A stretch of 64,000 nt of DNA from contig MGFA01000019.1 of assembly GCA_001791645.1 (NCBI GenBank), forward strand, positions 29,774 to 93,773, given 5' to 3'. Within the stretch, counting starts at the first letter, position 1, and each line of letters opens with the position of its first letter. Both the position numbers and the translations under genes were made by a program. The DNA comes from Candidatus Uhrbacteria bacterium RIFOXYB12_FULL_58_10. Its GTDB lineage: Bacteria > Patescibacteriota > Patescibacteriia > UBA9934 > GWF2-40-263. Below are positions 1 through 9,226 of this stretch, one piece after another. The notes beneath the pieces are model-generated. The model did no database searches. It was not told the DNA's origin and saw nothing but the letters and a program-made list of their open reading frames with translations.

Positions 1-1045
1 TGTCGAGTCGAGCATTGCTCATCCCATCTGCGGCGGCATAGAACGACCGGCGGGGCAGGCATCCGCCGTTAAAGGAGCTCCGAAGCGGCGGAAGGCGCTC
101 GGCCCACATTTCCGCAAGGGCGCGGTCGCGGACGTTCCCGTACGATTCCATCTTCCCAACGCACCCGTGCGCCGTGCCAAGAATGGTAACGTAAAGTCCA
201 AGGTACTGCGTGCAGGCGCGACCAAAGCCGACGAAGGGCATGCGCGCCGAGTGCGGAAGACCGAACTCCGTCTCGTCGATGCGGCGGCACTCGGCGAACA
301 CGGCTTCCAGCTCCTCCCAGCTGGCCGCCGTCTCGGTTGCCTTCCGCGTCCTTCCCGATGGAATGAAGCTGGAGCAGGCAAGATAGACATTGTTGCGCCG
401 GCACCAGCGCAGGCAGTCGGGAATCCAAGGCAGCGTGGCCTGGTACACGATGTTGTCGATTCCAAGCCGGGTAGGCCTGGTGGAATTGAATCCGATCTCC
501 ATCAGAAGCGCGATAGCGCGGTCGCGACGATCGGCCGCCCCGGCCCGGCGCACGATGCGGTCATGCACCTCGGCCGGCCCGTGGTGCTTCACCACCACCG
601 TCGTGCCAAGCTCCCAGAGACGCTCAGCCACGGCGCGTCCGCGCCTGGCCGACCCAAGAACCGATCCGTTGGTGAATACGACCGGCTGCAGCCCGCACGC
701 GACGGCGTGCTCCACCTGTGGCATGCAGAGTGGATCGATCAGCGGTTCGCCCGCCCCCACGATGTCGTACGTCTTGGCGCCAAGCGCCGCGGCCGCGTCG
801 ATGAGCGCGAGGCGCTCATGAAGGACGAGTTCGCCCGGAAGGGGCTGTCCGTGAAATCCCGCGTCTTGCGCGACCGTGGCTTCGACCGTGTAACAGTACT
901 CGCAATCGAAGTCACAGCGGTTGGTCGTTTCCGCAAGCAGGTGCAACATTTCGCCTCGCGCAAGCGCGTCATTGCACGACGCGCTGTCATGATTCCACCC
1001 GCGCATCCGCGTAGATGCGTCAAGATCCTCAAGGCCCGTATACAT
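1..1045 (-). CDS. Radical SAM enzyme with SPASM/twitch-type auxiliary cluster domain. Partial: the C-terminus runs off the left edge of the window.
   Basis: ATG at 1045-1043, with an in-frame stop at 1069-1067 upstream. CX3CX2C motif NRCDFDCEYCY at about 890-916. GAGEPL and FTNG motifs. SPASM-like segment GRACTQYLGLYVTILGTAHGCVGKMESYGNVRDRALAEMW near 10-130. Absent from the ORF track because it is edge-truncated. Confidence 0.75.
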   Translation of the reverse strand, partial: MYTGLEDLDASTRMRGWNHDSASCNDALARGEMLHLLAETTNRCDFDCEYCYTVEATVAQDAGFHGQPLPGELVLHERLALIDAAAALGAKTYDIVGAGEPLIDPLCMPQVEHAVACGLQPVVFTNGSVLGSARRGRAVAERLWELGTTVVVKHHGPAEVHDRIVRRAGAADRRDRAIALLMEIGFNSTRPTRLGIDNIVYQATLPWIPDCLRWCRRNNVYLACSSFIPSGRTRKATETAASWEELEAVFAECRRIDETEFGLPHSARMPFVGFGRACTQYLGLYVTILGTAHGCVGKMESYGNVRDRALAEMWAERLPPLRSSFNGGCLPRRSFYAAADGMSNARLD

Positions 1046-1182
1046 GATTGCCCCCAAAAGGCTGGTTCAGAAACCGGTCGGGCATTCCAACCGCTCCGTG
1101 ACCTTTGCACAAAATCAACCGGATGTCCACCCAAGGCGATCTAATCACTCCGTTGCGCCAGATAATTGAAACCACCTTGATA

Positions 1183-1872
1183 TTATCCAATCACCGTCCC
1201 GACGAAGCTCTTTCCGTCGAGCACGTTCGATAGGTTCTCGAGGTTGGTGCCGTTCAAGAGGACCGCCTGGATGCCGGCGTTATGGGCGAGGCGCGAGGCG
1301 ACCGGGTCGAAGGGGACGTTCATGCCCGGGTCCCATGTGTCGCCGACCATCTTGCGAAAGTCCTTCCAGCCGATCTCGCAGATGGGAGTGGCCGTTTTGT
1401 CCTTGCGCGGGTCGGCAGTGTACAGGTAATCGACGTTTGAGAGGTTAAGTACCATGCCCGCGCCAAGGCGTTTGGCAATGCGCGTGGCCACGTAATCCGT
1501 GGACCAGCCTGGCTTCCATCCGGCGGCCACGAGCACGCGTTCCTTGAACCGCTTTGGCACGCGGGTCGGATCCTTGTACATGACCGGGTGCGCGACGTCG
1601 CGGAACACGGTGCGCATGAGATGCCCGTTCAGCCTGGTGGAATGAATGCCCAGCCAGTCGAGGTCGTCGCGTGTCACCGGACCAACGTCCTTGGCCGCGC
1701 TCTGATAGCTGCGCGCGGTCCCTCCCCCGCCGACCACGATGACGAACTTCCAACCTTTCTTGGCGTGGCTGACGAGCGTCTTTTTAAATGCCTTCAAAAA
1801 GTCGGTGGCAATTTCGCCGTTCGGGACGACGATGGAGCCACCGACGGAAATGACAAGCGTTGATGATTTCAC
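1183..1872 (-). CDS. pyrH: UMP kinase, archaeal type (amino-acid kinase family).
   Basis: VISVGGS...FVIVVGGGGTARSY and SNVDYLYTADPRKDKTA closely parallel archaeal UMP kinases. Length is about 229 aa. Confidence 0.75.
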   Translation of the reverse strand: MKSSTLVISVGGSIVVPNGEIATDFLKAFKKTLVSHAKKGWKFVIVVGGGGTARSYQSAAKDVGPVTRDDLDWLGIHSTRLNGHLMRTVFRDVAHPVMYKDPTRVPKRFKERVLVAAGWKPGWSTDYVATRIAKRLGAGMVLNLSNVDYLYTADPRKDKTATPICEIGWKDFRKMVGDTWDPGMNVPFDPVASRLAHNAGIQAVLLNGTNLENLSNVLDGKSFVGTVIG

Positions 1873-1875
1873 AGA

Positions 1876-2226
1876 CTACGATTCCTCGGCGTGACGAATC
1901 AACCAGTTGGTGCCAAGCGATACGACCCAAAGAATCAGCGCGGCGAGGAACGCCGGGACAAACCCTTCCACCGTGAACCCATTCACGATGGTGCTGACGA
2001 ACCACACCATAAGCGCGTTCAGCACGAAGGTGAACAGACCGAGCGTCAGGATATTAATCGGCAGAGTGAGCACGAGCAGAATCGGGCGGATGAGCGCGTT
2101 GGCGAGGCCGAGCACAAGCGCGGCGATGAGCGCGGTATAAAACGTGGACACGCCGAACCCCGGCACGATGTTCGCGACCAAGAGGAGTGCGATAGCATTG
2201 ATGAGCCAGCGAAAGATGAGTTTCAT
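1876..2226 (-). CDS. Four-TM membrane protein of the PF04020 family (YvlD/DUF360, so-called phage holin 4-2).
   Basis: MKLIFRWLINAIALLLVANIVPGF... Four hydrophobic segments, 116 aa. Confidence 0.7.
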   Translation of the reverse strand: MKLIFRWLINAIALLLVANIVPGFGVSTFYTALIAALVLGLANALIRPILLVLTLPINILTLGLFTFVLNALMVWFVSTIVNGFTVEGFVPAFLAALILWVVSLGTNWLIRHAEES

Positions 2227-2426
2227 ATGTCAGCGAATTTTTTCTTAATTTCCTTGACCTTATTTTCGAACTCGTCCATTTTCTCCTTGCACGCCGAAGC
2301 AAGTTCAAGCGCGCGCTCGAACTTTTTGAGACCCTCGTCGAGATCGACCTCGGTTCCCTCGAACCACTCGGTGATGGCCTCCAGTTCCTCGATGGCCTTT
2401 TGAAAGTTGATTTTTCCCTTCGCCAT
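2223..2426 (-). CDS. xseB: Exodeoxyribonuclease VII small subunit.
   Basis: 67-aa helical protein immediately downstream of xseA. Overlaps the PF04020 gene by 4 nt. Confidence 0.8.
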   Translation of the reverse strand: MAKGKINFQKAIEELEAITEWFEGTEVDLDEGLKKFERALELASACKEKMDEFENKVKEIKKKFADI

Positions 2427-2427
2427 A

Positions 2428-3639
2428 CTAGATCATCTTTTGTTTTCCCTTTCCGTTCGTTCGAATGACCTCGGCATCGACGGATCCGCGGGACAATTGT
2501 ACCGCGATTTCAGCCCCGATTTCAAGCAGGCTTGCGTCGGCTACCACACGGCCGCCAACAGTCACAATGGAATAGCCGCGGGCAAGCACGCGCGTTGGGT
2601 CGAGTTGCCTGAGCACGCGGTCGTACGAGAGGACGCGATCGCGCAGGCGCGATGCCCACGAGGCGAACGCGTCCTGCGAGCGCCGCGACAATACGAGCAT
2701 TCGCTGACGCTCTCGGTCGAGCGCAAACGACACCGTGCGCGTGGCGCGCTCCACCATGCGCTTATGGTGCGCCGCGATCTCAAACAGGCGCTCCTCGGCG
2801 CGGCGCGTCATCATGGCGATTTCGTAGTCCATGTCGCGGCGGTTCGGTACCACGCGCTCGGCCGCGTTGCTCGGCGTGGAGGCTCGAACGTCCGCGACGA
2901 AATCGCACAGCGACTCGTCGCGCTCGTGCCCCACCCCGCACACTACCGGAATCTTGGACCCGTACACCGCCCGCGCCACGGCCTCATCGTTGAACGCATG
3001 CAAGTCCTCGAGCGACCCGCCGCCGCGCGTAAGCACAAGCAGGTCCGGGCGCTCTTCGGGCGACATAGCGTCGAAGGCGTCAAAAGCTTCCAGAATTTCG
3101 GAAACCGCGTCCTTTCCCTGCACGCGAACCGAACAAAATGCCACCTCGACCCCTCCCCACCGGTTGTTGAGAATCCGCAAAAAATCGCCGTAGGCCGCGG
3201 CGTCCCGGCTTGTGATGAGCCCGATGCGCTCGGGAAACCTCGGCAGCGCGCGCTTGCGGCCGGCGTCAAACAATCCTTCGGCCTCCAACTTTTTCTTCAA
3301 AAGCTCGTACGCCCGCTTGAGCGCCCCTTCCCCCACCGGGTCGATCCGCTGCACGTCGATCTGGAACGTGCTCCACGGCTTCACCGTCGGATACCCGAAC
3401 ACGCGCACCTTCATCCCGTTCTCGAACGCGCCGAGAATCTTGTACGTCGTCCCGAAGCACGCCACCTTGGTCTTGGCGTCCTGCTCGTCCTTCAAATCGA
3501 AAATGATCCACTTCCCGTCCTTGACCGTGAACCCGGAAATTTCCCCCTCCACGACGATCTCGCCCGACGGGACATGCTCGCGCAGGACCGCGTTCACGAT
3601 CTGAAGATACTGGGAGACGGAGAGGACGTTTGCATCCAT
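2428..3639 (-). CDS. xseA: Exodeoxyribonuclease VII large subunit.
   Basis: N-terminal OB fold. Catalytic core motifs LITSRDAAAYGDFLRIL and RGGGSLEDL. 403 aa. Confidence 0.9.
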   Translation of the reverse strand: MDANVLSVSQYLQIVNAVLREHVPSGEIVVEGEISGFTVKDGKWIIFDLKDEQDAKTKVACFGTTYKILGAFENGMKVRVFGYPTVKPWSTFQIDVQRIDPVGEGALKRAYELLKKKLEAEGLFDAGRKRALPRFPERIGLITSRDAAAYGDFLRILNNRWGGVEVAFCSVRVQGKDAVSEILEAFDAFDAMSPEERPDLLVLTRGGGSLEDLHAFNDEAVARAVYGSKIPVVCGVGHERDESLCDFVADVRASTPSNAAERVVPNRRDMDYEIAMMTRRAEERLFEIAAHHKRMVERATRTVSFALDRERQRMLVLSRRSQDAFASWASRLRDRVLSYDRVLRQLDPTRVLARGYSIVTVGGRVVADASLLEIGAEIAVQLSRGSVDAEVIRTNGKGKQKMI

Positions 3640-3640
3640 A

Positions 3641-5431
3641 CTATTCGAGCGCGCGCATCAACGCGGACAATTTCATGAGCATCCAGCGGTCGGGGTTTTC
3701 CTCCGGGTTCCAAAACAACTCGGGAAACGCCTGGCGCACGGCCGCGACCAAGCCGTCTGGTGTCGGATGATCCCGGTAGAGCTCGCCGAATCGTTGGAGC
3801 GGCTTTCGGGCCGATTCGGGATCCCGGCGAAGAACGTCCGCGCCGCCTGTTTTTCCCAGACGATCCGCGTGGGAACGCAGAAAAACGAGAACCGCGTCCA
3901 CGTCGAGGGGATCGATCCCAGATTCCCGGATCAGTTCGGCGTACGCGCGCACGAAAACTTCGCGCTCGCGCGCAGATTCCGCCTCATGCTCGTATGTTTC
4001 GCGCAACGCCCCCTCGTACCGCTCACGGACGGCGTCGTCAAGCGTCGCCTCGACGAGCAACCGTTCCACGGCGCGGTCAATCGGAATGTCAGGGTGCATG
4101 CCTTTTAACTTCGCGTCGATGATTCCGCGCAGCTCGCGCAAACGAGCCGAGCTGTTCAAGTCGCCCATGTTCGCGCGGACGGCATCGACCACTTCCTGCA
4201 GCTCCTCGTCATCCAATAATTGGACCCCGTCGACGGTCGCCGCTTGGCGAAACGCCTCCTTGGACGCGGTTGGATCGCCTGCCAGCCGGGAGATGTCGCC
4301 GGCAAACTGCCGCTTGATAAAGATGACCGTCGGGTGTTCTACCAAACGGCCTTCGCCCTCAAGCGAATCCTTCAATCGCAGCCGCTCCTGGCCGTGGCCC
4401 GCGCTGAGAGCCGTCCGCGCGGAAAACCGGTCAAGCGGATGCGCGACCACGTCCGTCGCCACCGCGACCTTGCCGATGCCGGCGAGGCGAAACCCGAACG
4501 CGGGATCTTCTCCGCCGGCGAGCTTCGGAACGCCGCCGACAAGCGCGGCCTCAAACGCGCGGCTCGCCATATTGGCGCCCGAAAAATGAACGCGGGGCTC
4601 CTCCGCGGGAACGTCCTTGCGGTCCAGGACGTTCTTTCGCGCCTTCAGCGCCTTCGCCACCCACTGATAACGGGAAAACAACTCCGCCGTCGACGCCGCG
4701 CCGCCGAACATTTCCTTCACCTCGTCGGACAGTTCAAATTCTATTTTTCCAGAAATTCCAACCAAAGACGGGTCGCGCCCGAATGCCCGGACGAGGGACA
4801 GGATATAATTCGGCGGGAATCGCGTGTCCGCGTCGGATTGCGCGATGATGCCGTTCTTACGATGCTGTCCGTAAAACCGCTCCACCGCCTCGGCCACCCC
4901 TCGGTTGCGCGCGCCGCCCACGTTCGCTTCCTCCGGCGGGAGCGTGCGACCTTCGCCCGACTTGTCGACGACATGTACGCGCGTCCCGCGCGATCGAATT
5001 TCTTCAAGCTGCCCGCGCTCTTCGTCCGTTGCGTGCGAGGGCATCGGACCTCCATTCAAGAAGCGGAGGATCTCGATCGTCTGCGCGTTCTGCCACGTCG
5101 CCATCAGATACAGGTCGCGCTTGCGCGCCCAATCGTTCTCCGACTCGTCCAGCGTGCGAACGGGCTCGGACGGCGGGTTGTTCACGACGAAAATAACCTC
5201 GTACTCCTCGGGCTTCACGCCTTCTTGCCGCGCCAACGACAATAGCGGACGGAATATTCCCTCTCGTTCCGCATAGGCGGGAATCACGACGGATACCTCG
5301 CACCGCGAGTCCATCGGCGTCTCAATGCGCGTTTCCCCGCGAAGCGATTCCCGAAGATATTCCGTAATCCGCTTGCCACGCTCTTCCTCGCGCGCCGCGG
5401 CCTCGCGCGGGTCCAATTCCGTTTCTGTCAT
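3641..5431 (-). CDS. Family 2 glycosyltransferase with a helical C-terminal extension of about 300 aa and unknown function.
   Basis: VSVVIPAYAEREGI and the QSDADTRF (DxD) motif. Start placed at the MTETELD ATG (5431), which abuts the upstream stop at 5433. The ORF track extends it to 5473. Confidence 0.7.
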   Translation of the reverse strand: MTETELDPREAAAREEERGKRITEYLRESLRGETRIETPMDSRCEVSVVIPAYAEREGIFRPLLSLARQEGVKPEEYEVIFVVNNPPSEPVRTLDESENDWARKRDLYLMATWQNAQTIEILRFLNGGPMPSHATDEERGQLEEIRSRGTRVHVVDKSGEGRTLPPEEANVGGARNRGVAEAVERFYGQHRKNGIIAQSDADTRFPPNYILSLVRAFGRDPSLVGISGKIEFELSDEVKEMFGGAASTAELFSRYQWVAKALKARKNVLDRKDVPAEEPRVHFSGANMASRAFEAALVGGVPKLAGGEDPAFGFRLAGIGKVAVATDVVAHPLDRFSARTALSAGHGQERLRLKDSLEGEGRLVEHPTVIFIKRQFAGDISRLAGDPTASKEAFRQAATVDGVQLLDDEELQEVVDAVRANMGDLNSSARLRELRGIIDAKLKGMHPDIPIDRAVERLLVEATLDDAVRERYEGALRETYEHEAESAREREVFVRAYAELIRESGIDPLDVDAVLVFLRSHADRLGKTGGADVLRRDPESARKPLQRFGELYRDHPTPDGLVAAVRQAFPELFWNPEENPDRWMLMKLSALMRALE

Positions 5432-5432
5432 A

Positions 5433-5900
5433 TCAATCGATAAACCAGATTGGTTGATAATACTGGACGACAAGCCACATGCCGAAGCCGACGAGCAAAT
5501 GGGAGGCGAGCATTTCCAACCATACGCGATGCCCGGCGCGGCGGCCGAACGGTCCCATGCCGAGCGCGGGAAAGATCGTCAGTCCGCTCACGACCCAGCT
5601 GCCAACCGCAAAGACCACGAGTGACAGAAAGGTATATGGCGAATGCGTGACGAACAACCACCCCTTTTTTACGAACACCACGTACATGAGGCCAAACAGC
5701 GAGCCAACCACCAAATGCACGAGCAACGCGACAAGGAAAGTCTCATGACGGTCAAGCTTGCGTCCCCAGAGCGTCTTGATGTCCACGAGCAACGGGGCAT
5801 TCGGCACGCGCCAACGCTCCACCGCCTCGAGCACGATGGCCGGAATGGCAAAAAAGAGCGCGGTAAGACCTCCGATCGACGTTCCTAACAGGTAATCCAT
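5433..5900 (-). CDS. Hypothetical polytopic membrane protein.
   Basis: 155 aa with 4-5 hydrophobic helices and strong GC3 bias. No motif recognised. Confidence 0.6.
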   Translation of the reverse strand: MDYLLGTSIGGLTALFFAIPAIVLEAVERWRVPNAPLLVDIKTLWGRKLDRHETFLVALLVHLVVGSLFGLMYVVFVKKGWLFVTHSPYTFLSLVVFAVGSWVVSGLTIFPALGMGPFGRRAGHRVWLEMLASHLLVGFGMWLVVQYYQPIWFID

Positions 5901-5901
5901 A

Positions 5902-6792
5902 TCATTCCGGATATATCACAACAACCACCTTCGGGCCAGTTTCAATGGTATCAAAGGAGCCAGTCCAATCGTGCGTGGCGTCCATGACCGTATTGATGTC
6001 GTACACGTATCCCTCGCCTCGGCGCGTGCCGGGGTCGTTCGCGATGAACTGCGTTTCCGTATAACCGCGAATCACGATCATGTGATACGGCGGGCCGTCG
6101 CCGCTAAAGTTTGGGTTGTGAAGCAAACGACCGGCGGTAGGAACGATCACCGGATGGCCCGCGGCCACGTGGTTCTTGATATCCTCGACGGTCAGGTCGT
6201 TCTCCGTTTGCGCGTGTAGGCCGTATGCCTTCGCGACCAACTGCGCAGTCTCAACGGCGGTCGTGTCCTGGTAATATCCGAATAAATCGTTCTCGATCGC
6301 CACCAAACGCTGGAGCTCATTTTCCGCCACCTGCGAATCAATGACGCCTTGCACTCCGAGATAATACGCGGCGACCATGTACGCGGCGGCTTCCTCGCAC
6401 GTCTCCTCGTGCAACGCGTCCCAGTTGGCGAACGGGGCTTGCGAGGTAAACGGAACGGCGAGATTGTATGAAGCGGGGATGTCGGATACGGTCGGCAAAA
6501 CGACGGGCGGTTCTTCGTTTGCCGTTTTCGCGGGGACGTCCGCAACGGGCTCGGGAATTTCCGGCGCGTCCGGAATAGTCCGTTCATCCGATTCCGTCGC
6601 GGGCTTCTCAGCCTGCTGCGCGGCGTCCGCGTAGGAAACGGCCTCTGGCAACTCCGGCGCGCTCGCCTCTCGAGCCAAATCCGCGATGCGCACGCGCTGC
6701 GTATACATTGCGGTTGCGAGCGCGATCACAAAGATGATCGCGCCGACAGATCGACGAATATGGTATTTCATAAGACGGGAACGGTGTTTCAA
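5902..6792 (-). CDS. Membrane-anchored Peptidase_C39-like (C39_2) domain protein.
   Basis: N-terminal TM helix, a Pro/Glu-rich linker, then NLAVPFTSQAPFANWDALHEETCEEAAAYMVAAYY, typical of the C39_2 papain-like fold. Confidence 0.7.
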   Translation of the reverse strand: MKHRSRLMKYHIRRSVGAIIFVIALATAMYTQRVRIADLAREASAPELPEAVSYADAAQQAEKPATESDERTIPDAPEIPEPVADVPAKTANEEPPVVLPTVSDIPASYNLAVPFTSQAPFANWDALHEETCEEAAAYMVAAYYLGVQGVIDSQVAENELQRLVAIENDLFGYYQDTTAVETAQLVAKAYGLHAQTENDLTVEDIKNHVAAGHPVIVPTAGRLLHNPNFSGDGPPYHMIVIRGYTETQFIANDPGTRRGEGYVYDINTVMDATHDWTGSFDTIETGPKVVVVIYPE

Positions 6793-6805
6793 AATCGTTC
6801 GGACA

Positions 6806-8200
6806 TCATACGGTGTGCTTTTCTAACCACTCTTTCACGATGTGCGTCGCGCGAACGTCGTCCTCGTTGTACGCCAGAATCTTGTCGAGCGTCTTCTTGT
6901 CCTTCTTTTTCAACCAGGACTCGAACCACAGCACCGAATTCGCGCCTGACGCGTCCTCGCTCCGCCAAGAAAACCCGACGTACGCGGCAATGTCCTTCAA
7001 CGAATAGAAGGTGAGCGGAAAGATGACCGAGGCCCGAATGACCTCCATGATGTCGACCATGTTGCGCTCGAATGCCTCGCGCGCGATGTCCGAGCATCCA
7101 TATTTCGCGGCAAACCGGTTGACCACCTCGCGCTCGAACCAGCCGTAGTGATAGATCGGCGCGTCAAGATGGCTTTCGACGAACGTCACAAACTCAGCCC
7201 ATGCCTTCCCTTCATCTTCCGGTTTCTTGGCGAGAAAGGCATGATATGCCTCCTTCCCGTTTTTGACCGTCATCGCGCCGAACAAATAGTCGAAGTCGCG
7301 CAGCGGGTCGGACTCGATGTCGAAGTACACCTCGATGGCCGCCTTTGGAAATCGCGCCGGGCCGCGCACGATGTGGTGGTTGTCGCGAATCGCGATGGCC
7401 TGGTCGCGGAGCATTTCCATGCGGCCGTGATTAATGTCCGGACACATGCGCAGGAGGTCGTGCACGGACCGCGCCGCGAGCGCGTCAATGGTGCGGATGC
7501 CCGCCGCGTCGAGCCTCAACACCTCTTCGTTCCACACGCGGTTGAGCACGGACAGCTCGTTGCATGCCTCGGATTCGCGACGACACTCCGAAAACCATGG
7601 CGACTGCTTGCACGCGCTGGTCACGAAATGCACGGGGCGCTTTCCGGCCACGATCGCCTCGATTTCGTCGAGCGTGAGCTTGTACTGGGCCTCGAACTCA
7701 TTGACGAGATACGCGAGCGCGTCGCCGTCCGGAGTGATGACGTATCCCTGCGTGGGTTTCGTCCCCTGAATCTTTGAAAGCAACTCAGCGTAAAAGCACC
7801 CTTGGAACTTGAACTCATCCCGCACCTCGCGCGAGCGCTTGATGTCCGCGGCAACGTAATAGTAGGAACCGAGACGCGACGAGCCCTCCACGCGCGCGAG
7901 GATGTCCGGATGTCCCACCCAATGTTTGTCGATAAGCACGCCGCGATATATGGTTTCCCGCCCCTCGCGCATGAACGCGAGCGTCTGGCGAAACGCTTCG
8001 TCCGGATCCTCGGCATCGACCTCGGCCAAATCAGGCCGATCGGAAATAGCGCGCTGTTTTACGTCGTCCATAAGCCCGTCCTGCATCAGCCGGAGAAGCA
8101 ACGGGTCGTGAGGCTTTTCCTCGATCGTATGCGCATCAAAATACACCCAATTCGGGCACTTGATGAACTGATAAAACGTGGTTTCGGTAATTTGTCGCAT
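6806..8200 (-). CDS. TM0106-family RecB-like nuclease: PD-(D/E)XK/Cas4-like N-terminal domain plus RNase H-like C-terminal domain.
   Basis: MRQITETTFYQFIKCPNWVYFD... and YFDIESDP (DEDD-like). Real start is the ATG at 8200-8198. The ORF-track extension to 9370 is an R-rich artefact. Confidence 0.75.
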   Translation of the reverse strand: MRQITETTFYQFIKCPNWVYFDAHTIEEKPHDPLLLRLMQDGLMDDVKQRAISDRPDLAEVDAEDPDEAFRQTLAFMREGRETIYRGVLIDKHWVGHPDILARVEGSSRLGSYYYVAADIKRSREVRDEFKFQGCFYAELLSKIQGTKPTQGYVITPDGDALAYLVNEFEAQYKLTLDEIEAIVAGKRPVHFVTSACKQSPWFSECRRESEACNELSVLNRVWNEEVLRLDAAGIRTIDALAARSVHDLLRMCPDINHGRMEMLRDQAIAIRDNHHIVRGPARFPKAAIEVYFDIESDPLRDFDYLFGAMTVKNGKEAYHAFLAKKPEDEGKAWAEFVTFVESHLDAPIYHYGWFEREVVNRFAAKYGCSDIAREAFERNMVDIMEVIRASVIFPLTFYSLKDIAAYVGFSWRSEDASGANSVLWFESWLKKKDKKTLDKILAYNEDDVRATHIVKEWLEKHTV

Positions 8201-8258
8201 GTAGGGAAAGTATAGCAAAAAAACGTTCCGGGCGTTAGACGGGCGGTCCGACCAGCGG

Positions 8259-8287
8259 TTGACACTTGCGTTCGAATGTGGTATCTT
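8259..8287 (+). promoter_or_regulatory. Sigma70-like promoter: TTGACA, 17-nt spacer, TGg-TATCTT.
   Basis: Canonical -35 at 8259-8264 and -10 at 8282-8287. SD aagga lies 8 nt before the ATG at 8333. Confidence 0.55.
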
Positions 8288-8332
8288 TCCACTCCGTTCA
8301 TTGAAAGAAAATCCCCCCACCAAGGAAAACAC

Positions 8333-9196
8333 ATGGAACCGATCCCCCCCCTTACCGCTGGGGAGAATCTCACCACCAACCTTCGCCTCGCGGAGTTCGC
8401 GCAGGGAGCGAGACTGCGCCGATACGAGGCGCGAGAACACATCGCTCTCGACCTCGCCGTAAGCGCGGCCGTGTTCGCGGGCTGGTGGATCGTCGCCGCG
8501 CTCCTCGCGGTGGTGCTCCAGGGCCAGGTCGCGAACGGCCTGATCGTCGCCGGACTGGCCCAAAGTCTGGCCGGGATCATGATGGCGGCGTTCGCCATCG
8601 CGTTCCCTGGGGCCGTCTCGTCGGTGAGCGGGAAAGCAAGGTTTCCGTTCCTCCCCCAGCGCGGCGAAAACGCCAGGGACAAAACGGTGGGTGTCCTCAC
8701 CGTCGCGCTGTTCGGCCCCCTGTTCGCGGCATGCTCGGCGGCATGCGGGTTGTCGGTTGCCAATGGCAACCCGCAAACGGAATTCGGGTATGCCGAACAG
8801 ACGGTCAGGATGGAGTCCATCCTGAACGACGACCGGACCGCCACCGTTTTTTTGCCGCTCGCGCAGCAGATCAGGGACTGGGAGCGAGCGCGACTGGCGG
8901 CGAACCGGCTCATCGCCTTCGCGGAGGCCGGAACGTCCCTCTCCGAGGAAGAAGGGGCCGAAGTTGCCGCGTGCACGGTCGCGCGGGGTGGGCTCATGGT
9001 CCTCATCCGGATCGCGGAGGCACTCTCGATGGAGGGACCCCTCGGAACCACAGAGCAGGGTCTTCTTCCGGAGAGGGATCCTGTCAGTGCGGTCGATGGA
9101 CTCTCCCAAACGCGCAAGCACGTGGAGAGTCTGCGGGAAGACGCCTGGCAGCGGGCGCGCGCCGCCGCCGAGGTGAGCGACAAGCAGAAGACCTGA
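8333..9196 (+). CDS. Hypothetical membrane protein (287 aa, GC-rich).
   Basis: MEPIPPLTAGEN..., 2-3 TM helices, very strong GC3 bias. Own promoter and terminator. The antisense ORF 8086..9219 is spurious. Confidence 0.65.
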   Translation: MEPIPPLTAGENLTTNLRLAEFAQGARLRRYEAREHIALDLAVSAAVFAGWWIVAALLAVVLQGQVANGLIVAGLAQSLAGIMMAAFAIAFPGAVSSVSGKARFPFLPQRGENARDKTVGVLTVALFGPLFAACSAACGLSVANGNPQTEFGYAEQTVRMESILNDDRTATVFLPLAQQIRDWERARLAANRLIAFAEAGTSLSEEEGAEVAACTVARGGLMVLIRIAEALSMEGPLGTTEQGLLPERDPVSAVDGLSQTRKHVESLREDAWQRARAAAEVSDKQKT

Positions 9197-9199
9197 CCT

Positions 9200-9226
9200 G
9201 AGACGGGCCACCGTCTCATTTTTTAT
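9200..9226 (+). terminator. Rho-independent terminator: GAGACGG-gcca-CCGTCTC followed by ATTTTTTAT.
   Basis: Perfect 7-bp GC stem followed by a T-tract. Lies between convergent genes. Confidence 0.6.

Noticed and set aside
1046-1100. Alternative upstream ATG at 1085 for the radical SAM gene, or a leader peptide there.
   Set aside because: That ATG is in a different frame and stops after 18 codons. The in-frame stop at 1069-1067 fixes the rSAM start at 1045.
167-1144. 325-aa plus-strand ORF, plus the overlapping 19..465 and 739..1134 minus ORFs.
   Set aside because: All are antisense or out-of-frame to the radical SAM gene. They are R/A/P-rich with no coding bias, as expected for stop-poor frames in GC-rich DNA.
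1876-2226. The 'phage holin' family name, as evidence of a prophage.
   Set aside because: PF04020-type four-TM proteins are common chromosomal membrane proteins. No terminase, capsid or integrase genes are nearby.
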